Below are positions 62,590 through 64,000 of a DNA stretch of 64,000 nucleotides, piece after piece. Origin of the DNA: Podarcis tiliguerta (Eukaryota); assembly GCA_965153285.1 (NCBI GenBank), contig OZ229110.1; one strand, written 5' to 3'. The stretch's first letter is position 1, and the number at the start of each line of letters is the position of its first letter. The translations under genes and the position numbers were made by a program. The notes under the pieces were generated by a model. The model had not been told where the DNA came from, did no database searches, and was given only the letters and a program-made list of their open reading frames with translations.

Positions 62590-62785
62590 GAATAGCTGTG
62601 GAACAGTGGAACAGACTCCCATGAGAGGTGACAGACAGGCTCTCCTTTCTTAGAGGTTTTTAAGCAGAAGTTGGATGGACATCTGTTATATATGACCTAG
62701 TTGAGATTCCTGCGTTGCACGGGGTTGAACTAGATGCCCTCAGGGACCCTTCCCGCTCTACAATTTTATGATTCTGTGAATCTAT
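62590..62785 (+). mobile_element. CR1 LINE 3' end fragment
   Basis: CAGTGGAACAGACTCCC...GGGTTGAACTAGATG...CCCTTCC...(ATTCTRTG)-type tail. Confidence 0.8.
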
Positions 62786-64000
62786 AAAATGGTGTCCAAG
62801 CGCATTTATCTTCAAAATGGTGTTCAAGTGCATCTACATTCAGAATCAGAGTCCAGCTCCTGTGTAATTTGCTGGCAAGATCTGAAGTTTATACATGTGT
62901 GCACTGCTTATATGTGATGATATTTGCATGTATTTATACTTTGGAATTAAATACCCAAGTACAAAGGGTACCTTACCTACAAAGGGTAATGTATGAAGTG
63001 GCCCCAAGTCTCATAAGTATTAGTAATTGATTGAGGTCAAGGGGAATTCAGTATAGAAGCTATGGAGAAGTGAAATGCCTGTACATAGTATTGCCAATGA
63101 AAATGTTCAACACTGTTCTTGCTCTAGTCTAGACATTGCTTTAGCATGCTACAGAATTGTCATAAATGCACAAGATCAAGAAAGCAATTTTTTTTTTTAC
63201 AGTCAGGTCTCAATTTTCTTACTTCCGGTGGCATTTTGAAACAGGTTGATGGGTTTCTGTAACAAAGCAAACTGAAGCAAAGTGAACAGAAGTGAAACAG
63301 TGCTGCCATGTGAGCACACAAGCTATCTGTACTAGGCTTTTTATGACCCCAGTCAAGTTTGAGTGCTCCCTTTTCATTGGAAACCTTGGGGTTAATCACC
63401 TTTTTTCTACAGATAGGTCAGACAACATAGGCATGTACTATAGTGAAACGAAAGGTGAATAAGTGACAGCTTTTATTCCCTCCAGGGAGGTAAGCAGCTC
63501 ATGGTTCTACCATTTTTAGCCTTATCTATTTCTTCCAGCAAGTCTCCAATAAAGAGAACAGCATTCAATCCTGATGCCTTTTGAGTTGGATAAAGCTGTT
63601 TTGCTAGCCCATTTGGCCAAGTAAGCCCATCTTTTCCTCAATGCCACCACACCTGATAGAGAAGCGCAAGGAGAAAGAAGTGTGTGTAAGCAGACCAAAG
63701 GAAGAAGATACTTATTAAAAAATGAAGCTGTGGATATACTGCTTGCCTTCTTCTTTCTTGAAGATTAAACAAACCCTTGGACAGATAGCGATTACTGCCA
63801 CTTCATTTGTCAAGTTCTTTTGTGCATACTTTTGGAAATTTTGATTTAGTGAGATGTTTATGCAAGTGTGTTAGGTGTGTGTACACCTCTCTGGTACCAT
63901 GGAAACAAACAAGGTCAGTAACAAATCATAGCCAAAGAAGCCATAACAAGAGGCCCAAGTTTCAAGAGAACTTTTTAGAGCCATTTTCAAAGCACCTCAT

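Noticed and set aside
1-64000. CRISPR arrays, rRNA or prokaryotic systems
   Set aside because: The sequence is intron-containing vertebrate DNA; recurring motifs are dispersed MITEs, not regularly spaced repeat-spacer arrays

Overview
Vertebrate genomic DNA, most likely from a squamate (probably lacertid) lizard, inferred from Sauria-type SINEs and squamate-type MITEs. It holds two minus-strand genes in tandem. One is the 3' half of KDM2A: exons equivalent to human 13-21 (CXXC, PHD, F-box and LRR domains) plus a ~2.3-2.6 kb 3'UTR, at about 44.9-59.2 kb. The other is the 5' two-thirds of GRK2/ADRBK1: exons 1-15, codons 1-442, at 1.8-28.5 kb, with a CpG-island promoter at about 28.2-29.5 kb. 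All called exons have GT-AG boundaries and join in frame. The KDM2A-GRK2 order matches human 11q13. A second CpG island at about 60.8-61.9 kb fits the intronic promoter of short-form KDM2A. Introns and the intergenic spacer are dense in non-autonomous DNA transposons (hAT, Tc1/pogo, Harbinger types), SINEs, CR1/L1 fragments and Penelope-like remnants. The main observations are: (1) a 742-bp hAT element with perfect TIRs and a TSD that carries a captured exon-intron-exon fragment of an unidentified gene (39490-40231); (2) a stop-free, phase-compatible candidate cassette exon in KDM2A between the PHD and F-box exons (57199-57423); (3) a 36-nt candidate micro-exon with an in-frame ATG below the short-form promoter; (4) a Penelope-type inverted repeat with a minimal hammerhead-ribozyme motif; (5) an abundant MITE family carrying a ZNF143/THAP11-like motif. 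None of these could be checked computationally here. Comparisons with human proteins and repeat-family names are from memory.
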